Positions 18,796 to 28,411 of a DNA stretch of 64,000 nucleotides are shown here, piece by piece. Source of the DNA: an uncultured bacterium (GTDB lineage: Bacteria > Actinomycetota > Thermoleophilia > Solirubrobacterales > 70-9); the NCBI GenBank assembly GCA_963807745.1, contig CAWECF010000003.1, positions 763,895 through 827,894 on the forward strand. The letters run 5' to 3'. The translations under genes and the position numbers were made by a program. The notes under the pieces were generated by a model. That model had not been told where the DNA came from. It made no database searches and saw only the letters and a program-made list of their open reading frames with translations. Numbering within the stretch: position 1 is the first letter of the stretch; each line of letters begins with the position of its first letter.

Positions 18796-20145
18796 CTAGA
18801 GAACCGGCAGGAAGCGCTCGATCTCCCAGGGCGTCACCTGGACGCGGTACTCCTCCCACTCCTCGCGCTTGATCTCGACGAAGCGCTTGAAGGTGTGCTC
18901 GCCCAGGACGCGCAGAACAAGCTCCGACTCGGCCGCGATCTCGATCGCCTCGCCCAGGTTCTCCGGAAGCTGCTCGATGCCGCGCTGGCCGCGCTCCTCC
19001 GGCGTGAGGTGGTACAGGTTCTGCTCCATCGGCTCGGGGAGCTCGTAGCCCTTCTCGATCCCCTCGAGGCCGGCGTGGAGCATTCCCGCGAAGCACAGGT
19101 ACGGGTTGCATGCCGGGTCCGGGCACCGAAGCTCGGCGCGAGTCGCCTGCTCCTTGCCGGGGTGATAGAGCGGGACGCGGATGAGCGCGGAGCGGTTGCG
19201 GCGCGACCAGGCCAGATAGACGGGGGCTTCATAGCCGGGAACGAGCCGCTTGTAGGAGTTGACCCATTGCGCGAAGAGCGGCGAGATCTCCCGCGCATGG
19301 CGCAGCTGTCCCGCGATGAATGCCTTTGCCGTCTCCGACAGGAAGAACTGGTCGTCAGGATCGAAGAAGGCGTTTCGGCCGTCGCGCTGTAGCGACTGGT
19401 GCACGTGCATCCCCGAGCCGTTCTCGCCCGAGAGCGGCTTCGGCATAAACGTCGCGTGCATGCCGTGGTCCATCGCGTACTCCTTGACCACGATCCGGTA
19501 GGTCATGCAGTCGTCCGCCATCTGCAGGGCGTCCTTGAAGCGCATGTCGACCTCGTGCTGCGAGGGGCCGACTTCGTGGTGGGCGTACTCGACGTGGATG
19601 CCAAGCTGCTCCAGGGCGAGGATCGTGTCGCGGCGCACCTCGGAGCCGGCGTCGAGGGTGGTGAGGTCGAAGTAGCCGCCCTCGTCCATGACCTGCGGGA
19701 CGCCGCTCTCGGGGCGAGCCTCCTTGAAGTAGAAGAACTCGAGCTCGGGGCCGATGTTGTAGGCCTCGAAGCCCATCTCCTTGGCGCGCTCGAGTGCGCG
19801 GCGCATGATCCAGCGCGGGTCCCCCTCGTACGGCTCGCCGCCGGGGACCTGGATGTCGCAGAACATCCGGGCCGTCGCGTTCTCCTCTGCCCGCCAGGGC
19901 AGGACGTCGAAGGTCGCCGGGTCCGGCATGGCGATCATGTCGGACTCCTCGATCGGGTTGAAGCCCGTGATCGAGGAGCCGTCGAACCCCATCCCGCCCT
20001 CGAACGCGTCGTCGAGCTCGGCCGCGTTGATCGAAAAGCTCTTGAGCTGCCCCAGAACGTCGGTGAACCAGAGCCGGATGAAACGGACATCCTGCTCGGA
20101 GACGATCTTCATTACGTCTTCGGCGGTCTTCGGGGTCTCAGCCAT
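18796..20145 (-). CDS. glnA: Glutamine synthetase, type I
   Basis: Start MAETPKTAEDV (Met95 of the track ORF). FDGSSITGF, KPLSGENGSGMHVHQSL and SRRNRSALIRVP motifs. Confidence 0.9.
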   Translation of the reverse strand: MAETPKTAEDVMKIVSEQDVRFIRLWFTDVLGQLKSFSINAAELDDAFEGGMGFDGSSITGFNPIEESDMIAMPDPATFDVLPWRAEENATARMFCDIQVPGGEPYEGDPRWIMRRALERAKEMGFEAYNIGPELEFFYFKEARPESGVPQVMDEGGYFDLTTLDAGSEVRRDTILALEQLGIHVEYAHHEVGPSQHEVDMRFKDALQMADDCMTYRIVVKEYAMDHGMHATFMPKPLSGENGSGMHVHQSLQRDGRNAFFDPDDQFFLSETAKAFIAGQLRHAREISPLFAQWVNSYKRLVPGYEAPVYLAWSRRNRSALIRVPLYHPGKEQATRAELRCPDPACNPYLCFAGMLHAGLEGIEKGYELPEPMEQNLYHLTPEERGQRGIEQLPENLGEAIEIAAESELVLRVLGEHTFKRFVEIKREEWEEYRVQVTPWEIERFLPVL

Positions 20146-20223
20146 GACGCAACGATAGCCCCGCCCGGATCGACAGGTGGTCGATGGCCTTTGGACAAGC
20201 TGGCGAAGGTTTACGCTGGCCGC

Positions 20224-20661
20224 ATGGACGAGCTGGCCACGAGGCTTCGCGCTGCGGTCGAGCCGCTCCTCTCCCAGGGCGAGGAGATTCGCGGCGTCTG
20301 CATCGCAACCCAGGTGGGCATGTTCAAGGGGCGTGCGGTCGCACTTGCCACCACGTCGGAGCGCCTGATCGTCCAGGGGCTCGATCGCAAGCTGGCGGCC
20401 AAGGACGAGCCGAGGTCCCTTACCCACGCGGACATCGAGCGTGCCTCAGTCGAAGGAGCCGGCGGCGGCTGGGCCGAGCTCACGGCGGCGGTGATGGACA
20501 AAGCGGCAGTGAAGCTCGACCTGCGGACAACCGACGGCGAAAAGCTCAAGCTGATGCTGATGCGCGGCACCGGTCCCATGGGCGGTCTCGGCGGCGGCGA
20601 GACGCAGCGCCAAGGGGTAGAAGCGCTCGCCGGCTACTTCGCATCCGGTGCGGATGGCTGA
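20224..20661 (+). CDS. Hypothetical protein (possible bacterial PH-like domain)
   Basis: Only the last 145 aa of track ORF 19399..20661 look coding (MDELATRLRAAVEPLL...). No motif recognised. Confidence 0.45.
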   Translation: MDELATRLRAAVEPLLSQGEEIRGVCIATQVGMFKGRAVALATTSERLIVQGLDRKLAAKDEPRSLTHADIERASVEGAGGGWAELTAAVMDKAAVKLDLRTTDGEKLKLMLMRGTGPMGGLGGGETQRQGVEALAGYFASGADG

Positions 20662-20703
20662 GTCGCGGCGGCGCCGCAGCCAACGCCGCGGCGCGAGCCG
20701 GGA

Positions 20704-20731
20704 GAAGAGCCCCGCCGAAGCGGGGCTCTTC
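20704..20731. terminator. Perfect 12-bp GC-rich hairpin between a hypothetical gene and the rnpB 3' end
   Basis: GAAGAGCCCCGC-CGAA-GCGGGGCTCTTC. No U-tract on either side. Confidence 0.4.
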
Positions 20732-20732
20732 C

Positions 20733-21062
<330 letters not shown>

Positions 21063-21119
21063 TGTTACGCGTACATGAAGGCCGTGTCATAACCGGGCAA
21101 ATCGGGGTAGAGGAATTGC

Positions 21120-21494
21120 ATGTCCAACGGGCTCATCAGGGGGGAGCCGGTCGACAACGACCTCTATTCGATCCTGATCGAAGGAGATTTCGATGCCTCA
21201 CTTCAGGAGGTCGGCATTGCCGTGACCGACGCCGCGCTCGCTGCGAGCCCGCGAGCGATCCTGGTCGACGTGAAGAGCTGCACGTTCCTTGACTCGACGG
21301 CAATCGCGGTGATCCTGGGCGGCCGGCAGCGGGCCATGGCTGCCGGCATCGGCTTTGCCTTGATTGGCCACAACCCGACCGTCGACCGCACGATCGAGCT
21401 GACGGGCCTGAGGGAGGACCTGGAGATCCTGGCCGACCGCGACGAGGCGATCGCCCGGCTGGGGGCCGGCGGCCGGCTGGAGAAGAGCGCCTAG
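21120..21494 (+). CDS. STAS-domain anti-sigma-factor antagonist
   Basis: 124-aa ORF. VDVKSCTFLDSTAIAVILG is typical of SpoIIAA/RsbV-like STAS proteins. Confidence 0.7.
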   Translation: MSNGLIRGEPVDNDLYSILIEGDFDASLQEVGIAVTDAALAASPRAILVDVKSCTFLDSTAIAVILGGRQRAMAAGIGFALIGHNPTVDRTIELTGLREDLEILADRDEAIARLGAGGRLEKSA

Positions 21495-21730
21495 CTGAGC
21501 TCGGAGCCGCAGGTCTCGCACTGGTGTGCGGCGAGCACGCGGCTCGAGCACACCGGGCAATCGGCAGCCCCTTCGCTGACGAGAGACGACCAGGTGGACG
21601 AGATCCTCTCGTCCAGCGTGCGAGCGCCCGGCTCGAACATCTGACGGGCTTCGAGGTGCTGGAAGCGGCGGGGCCGCTCGTTTCTGACGGGGAGGCCGCG
21701 CGAACTGTCCCTGTGAGCGATCGCAGGCAT
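21491..21730 (-). CDS. Small hypothetical protein with C-terminal zinc ribbon
   Basis: ATG lies 1 nt after the lexA stop. High GC3. C-terminal CPVCSS...CETCGS (CxxC-N9-CxxC). Confidence 0.45.
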   Translation of the reverse strand: MPAIAHRDSSRGLPVRNERPRRFQHLEARQMFEPGARTLDERISSTWSSLVSEGAADCPVCSSRVLAAHQCETCGSELS

Positions 21731-21731
21731 G

Positions 21732-22334
21732 TCACATGCTCCGGAAGACGCCGACCACCTTGCCGAGGAGCTGAGCCTCTCGGGTCCGGATCGGCTTGTA
21801 GGCGGGGTTCTCGGGCTGAAGGCGGATCTGGTCCTTCTCGCGGAAGAAGCGCTTGACGGTTGCCTCGTGCTCCAGGAGCGCGACCACGATCTCGCCATTG
21901 GTCGCATCGTCGGTCTGCTTGACGACCACATAGTCCCCGGCGAGGATCCCCGCGTCCTTCATCGAGTCGCCCTTCACCCTGAGGATGTAGTCGCCCTCCT
22001 CGCCGCCGATCATGTCCGGAAGCTCCAGATACTCCTCGATGTTCTCCTCGGCGAGCATCGGCTCGCCGGCAGCGACCTCTCCCACCACCGGCAGGCCCCT
22101 GCCCGTGATCGCCTGCTTCGCCTTGTCCACGAGGAGCTCGATCGCACGCGGCTTAGTGGGGTCGCGGCGGAGGAGGCCGATCTTCTCGAGGTTCGCGAGG
22201 TGGGCATGGACGGTCGAGGATGAGGTAAGGCCCACGGCCTTCCCGATCTCGCGCACAGTGGGCGGGTAGCCGGTCTTCGCCGCGTACTTGCGGATGTATT
22301 CGAAGATTTCCTTCTGGCGCTTCGTCAGGTCCAT
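21732..22334 (-). CDS. lexA: LexA repressor
   Basis: 200-aa ORF. N-terminal wHTH (GYPPTVREIGKAVGLTSSSTVHAHL), AG cleavage site (VAAGEP) and S24 peptidase motifs GDSM...VVKQ. Confidence 0.92.
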   Translation of the reverse strand: MDLTKRQKEIFEYIRKYAAKTGYPPTVREIGKAVGLTSSSTVHAHLANLEKIGLLRRDPTKPRAIELLVDKAKQAITGRGLPVVGEVAAGEPMLAEENIEEYLELPDMIGGEEGDYILRVKGDSMKDAGILAGDYVVVKQTDDATNGEIVVALLEHEATVKRFFREKDQIRLQPENPAYKPIRTREAQLLGKVVGVFRSM

Positions 22335-22371
22335 GAGGCGGCTCCTCCTAGCGGGAATCGAGGCGGGGACG

Positions 22372-22385
22372 GGAACACATGTTCG
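22372..22385. promoter_or_regulatory. LexA autoregulatory SOS box GGAACACATGTTCG
   Basis: GAAC-N4-GTTC palindrome 38 nt upstream of the lexA ATG. Confidence 0.7.
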
Positions 22386-22463
22386 TAGACTAGCCGCCCC
22401 TCCGGACGGATGTCAAGGGGTCCGTCCCGTCCGGGACGCGCTGAATACACTTGCGCGCGTCAC

Positions 22464-22550
<87 letters not shown>

Positions 22551-22577
22551 CTTCGTCCACTTATCGAAGGAGTCGAG

Positions 22578-22955
22578 ATGTCCCAGGAATCCCTCGTCCA
22601 AGGCGTCGACTTCATCTGTGTGCCGACACAGGACTACGAGAAGGCGAAGGAGTTCTACGGCGACGTGCTGGGGCTCGAGTTCGGAAAGCAGTGGGGCGAT
22701 CACCCCGCCGGCGAGTTCGAAACGGGAAACCTCACCATCGCGCTGATGCAGTCCGACGCGTTCGGCCTCGAGTTCAAGCCGCACTCCCTCCCGATCTCGT
22801 TCCGGGTGGACGACGTCGCTGCCCGTAAGGAAGAGCTCGAGGCCCAAGGCGTCGAGTTTCAGATGGACATCATCGACTCCGGCGTATGCCATCAGGCGTT
22901 CTTCTCAGATCCCGACGGCAACACGCTCAACCTCCACCACCGCTACGCGGACTAG
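22578..22955 (+). CDS. VOC/glyoxalase family protein
   Basis: Start MSQESLVQGVDF after GAAGGAG. FYGDVLGLEF and FFSDPDGNTLNL are typical of the glyoxalase fold. Confidence 0.75.
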   Translation: MSQESLVQGVDFICVPTQDYEKAKEFYGDVLGLEFGKQWGDHPAGEFETGNLTIALMQSDAFGLEFKPHSLPISFRVDDVAARKEELEAQGVEFQMDIIDSGVCHQAFFSDPDGNTLNLHHRYAD

Positions 22956-22958
22956 AGG

Positions 22959-23927
22959 TCAGTCGGCGGCGGCCAGGCCGGTGAGCCAGGCGCTGGAAAG
23001 CGCCGGGATCTCCCGCCCGGAATCAATGCCTCTGACGGAGCGCTCGACCCCGAGGAACGTCCCGCTCGTGCTGGGCAACACGCTCAGGAGCGGATCCTCG
23101 CGAGCCTGATCCGCCTGCTGGAGGTCCAGGTCGTCGGCGAGCTGGGCGTCACCGGCATCGAGCATCGCCAGCCGCAGCGACGATGAGGGCGTGACCTTGA
23201 ACTCGAGCTGCTCGAGAGCGGGGCCGAGGTCGATCCGGGCCCCGGTTCCCCACCACCGGGTGTTCCGCGCCAGCAGCACCTGGTTGCCGTCGCGCTCGCG
23301 TATCTCGAACGCCCCCGTGCCCGTGCCGAGCGCCCTGCTGACGACCGCTCCCTCGCCGGTCTGCGGCTGGAGGGCGGCGGGCGAGACGATGCCAAGCCGC
23401 GGATCCGACAGGCGCTTCGGGAATGCCGGATCGGGCGCGGCCAGGGCGAACCGCACCTGACCGGGGCTCGGGGCGTCGACCGAGACGAGGTCCGGAAGCA
23501 GGGCGCCTCCTGCCGCGGTCGTCATCCAGCGAGTCGCATTGGCCTGCACGGCGGCGGCATTGAACGGCTCGTCGTCCTGGAAGAGCACGCCGTCCCTGAG
23601 GGTCAGTGTCCACACCGTGTCACCCGCCGAGCTCTGGGCGTCGACCACGAGCCCGGCCGTGCTTCGCTCGGGATCGAACGGGCCCGGGACTCTGGCGGTA
23701 AGGGGCTCGTTCACCTGCCTGGCGACGAGCTGCTCGGTGCGGGTGCCGGCTTCCAGCGGATCAGTGGTGTTCAACGGGTCCGAGACCGCCCAGACCAGGG
23801 TTCCGCCCTCGCCCTGAGGGGTCGCGCTTGACAGGGCGGGCGGTCCGTCGTCGGCGCCGCCGCACCCCGCGAGCGCGCATGCCGAAAGTGCCGCGCAGAG
23901 CGCTCCCCGCCGAGTGAGCGAGGGCAT
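22959..23927 (-). CDS. Lipoprotein resembling the N-terminal part of a family-5 (peptide/nickel) ABC substrate-binding protein
   Basis: Lipobox LSACALAGCGG. GGTLVWA..DP..TDP and WTLTLRDGVLFQDDEPFNAAAV match the SBP_bac_5 N-lobe. Only 322 aa. Confidence 0.6.
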   Translation of the reverse strand: MPSLTRRGALCAALSACALAGCGGADDGPPALSSATPQGEGGTLVWAVSDPLNTTDPLEAGTRTEQLVARQVNEPLTARVPGPFDPERSTAGLVVDAQSSAGDTVWTLTLRDGVLFQDDEPFNAAAVQANATRWMTTAAGGALLPDLVSVDAPSPGQVRFALAAPDPAFPKRLSDPRLGIVSPAALQPQTGEGAVVSRALGTGTGAFEIRERDGNQVLLARNTRWWGTGARIDLGPALEQLEFKVTPSSSLRLAMLDAGDAQLADDLDLQQADQAREDPLLSVLPSTSGTFLGVERSVRGIDSGREIPALSSAWLTGLAAAD

Positions 23928-23939
23928 GCCGTGGCCCCT

Positions 23940-24164
23940 CTAGAGCTTGAGCAGTACGAGCGTGTTCAGAGCGAACATGATCGCGAAGAAGATCGTCCAG
24001 CGATCGAGGTTGCGCTCGACGAGCGAGCCGCCGCCGAAGGAGCCGCCGCCACCGCCGATGCCGAAGGCACCCGAAAGGCCCGCGTCCTTGCCCGAATGCA
24101 GCAGGACGAGGATGATCAGGATGACCGAGATGAACACCTGGACGACTTGAAGGATCTGTTCCAT
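23940..24164 (-). CDS. secG: Preprotein translocase subunit SecG
   Basis: 74 aa with two TM segments flanking LLHSGKDAGLSGAFGIGGGGG. Confidence 0.85.
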   Translation of the reverse strand: MEQILQVVQVFISVILIILVLLHSGKDAGLSGAFGIGGGGGSFGGGSLVERNLDRWTIFFAIMFALNTLVLLKL

Positions 24165-24175
24165 CGCCGGCGATT

Positions 24176-24481
24176 CTAGAGGCTCGGGTCGTCGCGGCGG
24201 CCGCGTTTCGGCAGCGCGTCGATCGCCCGCAGGATCTCGATCGCCTCCCGTCTGAGCTCGGCGTCCGCCCGCGCCCAGTCGGCCTGGCTCAGCTTGCCCT
24301 GCTCCCGATCCAGCTCCGCGTCACGGATCTCGCGATACTTCGACTCCTTGCGCGCCTCGAGCTCCGCGCGCTCGGGGTCCTCGATCCGCTCCTCGTCGCC
24401 CTTTGCTCCGGGGCGCAGCGGGATCGAGACGAAGAGCGCCACGGCGGCGATCACGAACAGCGCGATGAGGGCGACCTCCAT
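24176..24481 (-). CDS. Membrane-anchored protein resembling the N-terminal module of CcmI/CycH
   Basis: N-terminal TM, then YREIRDAELDREQGKLSQADWARADAELRREA. This resembles the CcmI pattern YrdQLaELerDlaeGrls. Directly downstream of ccmF. No TPR part. Confidence 0.45.
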   Translation of the reverse strand: MEVALIALFVIAAVALFVSIPLRPGAKGDEERIEDPERAELEARKESKYREIRDAELDREQGKLSQADWARADAELRREAIEILRAIDALPKRGRRDDPSL

Positions 24482-24510
24482 GGGCCGTGGAGGCTACGAG
24501 GCGCGGCCGG

Positions 24511-26778
24511 CTACGAGGCGCGGCCGAGGTCCTTCGCCAGGCGCGCCGCGTAGACGTCCGAAACCCGCCGGCGGCGCGCGGAGGCGGCCGGCCACGCCGC
24601 GATCAGGCCTCCGATCACGGCGATCGCCCCGCCGACCCAGATCCAGATCACCAACGGGTTCACGTTGATGCGGAAGTCGACCGGGATCTGGCCGTCCTCG
24701 TAGCGGCGCTCGAGCGTCGAGATCGCCAGGCCCTGAAGCTCGGAACGCTGCTCTGCGATCCCGCGCATCGCCTCAACCCCGCCGGGCGTGCTCGGATCCG
24801 GCAGCGTCTCCGGAATCGTGATCTCGTCGATGCGCTTGTCGGCCCCGGAGATGAAGTTGTCGATGGCCGGCTCAGTCAGGTCCGGGCGCATTGCCGTCCA
24901 GAAGTCTTCCCCCGCCCCGCCCGAGCGGCCCACCTCGGACGTCGCCTCGCCCTCGAAGAAGCTCCGGACGCTCCCGGTCGAGCTCGACGAGTAGTAGTTG
25001 CGGCTTGGGGTGAGCGTCTCGACCAGCTCGCCGTCGCGCCGCACCTCGACCACCGAGCCGAACGTCAGCCTCTCCTCCTCCTGGTCGCGGAACGCGGTGG
25101 GCCGGACGTACGTCAGCTCGTACTCGCCCACCGTGGTCGAGTCCCCGGGCAGCATCCGCACGTCGTCCGACGTCTGAAAGCTCGAGGAGGCGGCGATCGA
25201 CACGAACGCCAGGATCACGCCGATGTGGACGATGTAGCCCCCGTACCGCCGCCTGTTGCGGACCACCACGCGCCCGAGCGACAACATGAATCCGTCCCCC
25301 GAGAGCGCGTTCTGGGCGGCCGCGCCGCGCACGAACTCGCCGACGAGACCGGCGAACGCGAATGCCGCGAAGGTGAACATGATCAGCGCGCCCGGCTCGT
25401 CCGCCGTGTCGGTGAACGCCAGGAGCCCGGCGAGCGTGAGCGCAGCAAAGGCCACCGGAGGCGCGAACAGGCGCAGCGCCCGGCCGGCCGAGACCTGTCG
25501 CCAGGCCAGGAGCGGGCCGATCCCGGTGAAGAGGACCAGGAGGATCGCCAGGGGCGTCACGTACTGGTCGAACCACGGCGCGGCGAGCGTCGAGCGGTTG
25601 CCGGTGAACGCCTCCGCGATGAGCGGGAAGAACGTGCCGTAGAAGACGACGAAAGCGAGGCCGATCAGGAGGATGTTGTTGACCAGGAAGACGGCCTCGC
25701 GCGAGGCCAGGGACTGCACCCGCCGCTCCGAGCGCAGGTCGGGCAGGCGGGAGACGATGAGCGCGGTCGAGCCGGCGAGCACTGTCGCGATCAGGATCAG
25801 GAGAGGCGTGCCGACCGTCGACTCGCCGAAGGCGTGGATCGACTGGAGGATCCCCGACCGGACCAGGAACGTGCCGAGCAGCGAAAGGGCGAACGTCGCG
25901 CAGATCAGCGAGACGTTCCAGACCTTCAGCATCCCGCGGCGCTCCTGGACCATGATCGAGTGGAGGAACGCGGTGCCGACGAGCCACGGCATGAGCGAGG
26001 CGTTCTCGACCGGGTCCCAGCCCCAGTAGCCGCCCCAGCCGAGCTCGACGTAGGACCAGCCGGCGCCCAGCAGGATCCCGACGGACAGGAACATCCAGGC
26101 GAGCAGGGCGAAGCGCCGGGTCGAACGGATCCAGCTCGTGTCCAGCCGCCTTGCGATCAGGGCGCCGATCGCGAACGCGAAGGGGATCGAGAACAGGACG
26201 TAGCCCGAATAGAGCATCGGCGGGTGGATCGCCATCGCCGGATGGCGCAGGAGCGGGTTGAGCCCAAGGCCCTCGGCGGGCACGGGGCTCATGCGCGTGA
26301 ACGGCATCGCGTCGCCGCCCGAGATGAGCATCAGGCCCGTGAAGAAGACTCCGAGGCCGCACAGGACCGCGGTCGCCCAGGGCACGACCTCCCGGTGCTT
26401 GTGGCGGGTGGCGAAGAGGACCCCGGACGAGGCGAGCGAGAGGACGAACGCCCACAGCAGGAGCGACCCGCCCTGGCTGCCCCAGAGCGCCGTCATCTTG
26501 TAGAGCGTGGGCGTGGTGGTCGAGGAGTGGTCGGCCACCAGGGCGACCGAGAAGTCGGAGCGCAGGAACGCGGCCTCGAGCACGACGACGCAGATCACCA
26601 GGAGCGCGGCCGCGGCATAGACGGCCCTTCGCGCCGAGTCGACCCAGCGCCGGTCGCCCGTGTGCCCTCCGTAGATCCCGGCCGCGGCGCCGTAGGCGAA
26701 GGCGACGAGAGCGCCGACCAGGCACGCGTGCCCGGCATCGATCGAAAGTTCGCTCACGTCAATGCCCGCCCGGATCAA
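24511..26778 (-). CDS. ccmF: Cytochrome c-type biogenesis heme lyase CcmF
   Basis: 755-aa polytopic ORF with a WGGYWGWDPVENAS tryptophan-rich (WWD-type) motif. TTG start at 26778, or GTG at 26757. Confidence 0.88.
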   Translation of the reverse strand: MIRAGIDVSELSIDAGHACLVGALVAFAYGAAAGIYGGHTGDRRWVDSARRAVYAAAALLVICVVVLEAAFLRSDFSVALVADHSSTTTPTLYKMTALWGSQGGSLLLWAFVLSLASSGVLFATRHKHREVVPWATAVLCGLGVFFTGLMLISGGDAMPFTRMSPVPAEGLGLNPLLRHPAMAIHPPMLYSGYVLFSIPFAFAIGALIARRLDTSWIRSTRRFALLAWMFLSVGILLGAGWSYVELGWGGYWGWDPVENASLMPWLVGTAFLHSIMVQERRGMLKVWNVSLICATFALSLLGTFLVRSGILQSIHAFGESTVGTPLLILIATVLAGSTALIVSRLPDLRSERRVQSLASREAVFLVNNILLIGLAFVVFYGTFFPLIAEAFTGNRSTLAAPWFDQYVTPLAILLVLFTGIGPLLAWRQVSAGRALRLFAPPVAFAALTLAGLLAFTDTADEPGALIMFTFAAFAFAGLVGEFVRGAAAQNALSGDGFMLSLGRVVVRNRRRYGGYIVHIGVILAFVSIAASSSFQTSDDVRMLPGDSTTVGEYELTYVRPTAFRDQEEERLTFGSVVEVRRDGELVETLTPSRNYYSSSSTGSVRSFFEGEATSEVGRSGGAGEDFWTAMRPDLTEPAIDNFISGADKRIDEITIPETLPDPSTPGGVEAMRGIAEQRSELQGLAISTLERRYEDGQIPVDFRINVNPLVIWIWVGGAIAVIGGLIAAWPAASARRRRVSDVYAARLAKDLGRAS

Positions 26779-26814
26779 ACCGGCTCGTTAACGGGGTCTG
26801 ACCCCGCTCACACT

Positions 26815-27243
26815 TCAAAGCGACTCGTCGATGACGATGTTCGGGTCCTCTTCGGCCTCGTCGGAGAACTTCGACGGGCACTTCGTGATCAGGCTGTCCT
26901 TTTCGGCGACCAATGTGCCGTTGACCATCTCGCCGGTGACGATCACGTCGCGCCCCTCCCGGAACGGGTCGGGAACCTGGCCCTCGTATTCGACCGGGAC
27001 CTCCTTGGTGGGATCCTCGGGGTCGGCGATCACGAATTCGCGCGAGCCGTCGGGAAGCGTCTTCTCCGTGACGACCTTGCCATACGCGTCTACGGCCCCG
27101 GCCGGCGTCTCGGCCAGAAGCTCGGAAGGTGACTTCGCCTCGGTCGAGGCGGAGAAGGACGTGTAGACCAAGGCGGTTGCCAGGAGCACCGCCACGGTCA
27201 ACGCGACGACAAGGCGGATCTTTCGCTTTCGATCAGGGTCCAC
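26815..27243 (-). CDS. ccmE: Cytochrome c maturation heme chaperone CcmE (Cys variant)
   Basis: 142 aa with an N-terminal anchor and OB-fold pattern (F.I.D......V.Y.G..PD.FREG..V.V.G). Immediately upstream of ccmF. KCPSKF sits where KHDENY is expected. Confidence 0.8.
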   Translation of the reverse strand: MDPDRKRKIRLVVALTVAVLLATALVYTSFSASTEAKSPSELLAETPAGAVDAYGKVVTEKTLPDGSREFVIADPEDPTKEVPVEYEGQVPDPFREGRDVIVTGEMVNGTLVAEKDSLITKCPSKFSDEAEEDPNIVIDESL

Positions 27244-27294
27244 GCCACCCCGAATTATCGCAGGGGCGCTACCAGCACCCCTGCGGCCAACACG

Positions 27295-27582
27295 TCAGGC
27301 GCTGAGCTCCATCTTCTTCTCGCAGCGATCAACTGACGCCCTCGTGCCGGGCGTGTCAGACGGGTCCATACTGTCCAAGGCAGCCTCGGATTTCGCCATG
27401 TCGTCTGCGGAGTCGAAGAACTGCAAAACGACCACCGTCGCCTGATCTTCGTCATGAAGGAACTGGATTCCGGTCGAGACGACGCCTTCCGGCGGGCCAT
27501 CACGCCCTTCGATGTCGCTCAGCCGGCTCGCGATGTGCTCCGGGTCCACGTCGGTGAACCTCACAACCCTTACGAATGACAT
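27295..27582 (-). CDS. Hypothetical small protein (possibly dimeric alpha/beta-barrel, ABM-like)
   Basis: 95-aa ORF with plausible composition. No diagnostic motif. Confidence 0.4.
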   Translation of the reverse strand: MSFVRVVRFTDVDPEHIASRLSDIEGRDGPPEGVVSTGIQFLHDEDQATVVVLQFFDSADDMAKSEAALDSMDPSDTPGTRASVDRCEKKMELSA

Positions 27583-27642
27583 GGCTCCCCTTCCGGGTCG
27601 GTGACTCTCCGGGAGAAGCTACTCCTCGCTAGCTTCGTGTGC

Positions 27643-28347
27643 ATGGCCGATTCACCCGTTCTCCTCATCACCGGAGCCTCGACCGGCATCGGTGCGTCCA
27701 CCGCCCATCACGCTGCCGAAGCCGGCTACCGGCTGGTGCTCGCCGCACGCTCGGAGGACAAGCTCGAAAAGCTCGCCTCCGACCTCGGCGGTCAGGACAA
27801 GGCGGTCGCGGTCAGAAGCGACGTGACCGAGTGGGAGGACTGCGAAAACCTGGTGAAGGCAGCGACCGACGCCTTCGGTGGGTTCGACGCCGTCTTCGCC
27901 AACGCCGGTTTCGGCGCCTCGCGCGGATTCCTCGAGGAATCGCCGGAACACTGGAAGTCGATGGTGCTCACGAACGTCCTCGGCGTCGCCTACACGATCC
28001 GCGCCACCCTCCCCCATCTCCTCGAGAAGGGAACTGGCCACTTCGTGATCACCAGCTCGGTCGCGGGCAGGCGCGCCCTACCGGGTTCCCTCTACTCAGC
28101 GACCAAGTGGTCGGTCACCGCGATGGGCGAGGCGCTTCGGCAGGAGCTTCGCCAGATGCACGACAACACGCGCATCCGTGTGACGCTGATCGAGCCAGGA
28201 ATGGTCGACACGCCGTTCTTCGACAACCGGCCCACGGGCGCGCTCGAGGACGAGGACATCGCCCGCGCGGTCATGTACGCCCTGTCCCAGCCCGAGCACG
28301 TCGACGTCAACGAGATGTTGATCCGCCCGACGGCACAACCGACCTGA
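27643..28347 (+). CDS. SDR family oxidoreductase
   Basis: Start MADSPVLLITGASTGIG (TGxxxGxG). NAG and YSATK active-site motifs. Confidence 0.85.
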   Translation: MADSPVLLITGASTGIGASTAHHAAEAGYRLVLAARSEDKLEKLASDLGGQDKAVAVRSDVTEWEDCENLVKAATDAFGGFDAVFANAGFGASRGFLEESPEHWKSMVLTNVLGVAYTIRATLPHLLEKGTGHFVITSSVAGRRALPGSLYSATKWSVTAMGEALRQELRQMHDNTRIRVTLIEPGMVDTPFFDNRPTGALEDEDIARAVMYALSQPEHVDVNEMLIRPTAQPT

Positions 28348-28411
28348 CACGTCCTCGCTCGCCCGCCCGGGGTAGCGCGGCAAAGGAAGTTCTGGCAATA
28401 GGCTGAGGTCA

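Noticed and set aside
24487-27132. 881-aa plus-strand ORF covering the whole ccmF/ccmE region
   Set aside because: It is antisense to a gene with clear CcmF motifs. The translation is Arg/Asp/Glu/Pro/Gly-rich low-complexity sequence, typical of shadow frames in GC-rich DNA. No domain is recognisable.
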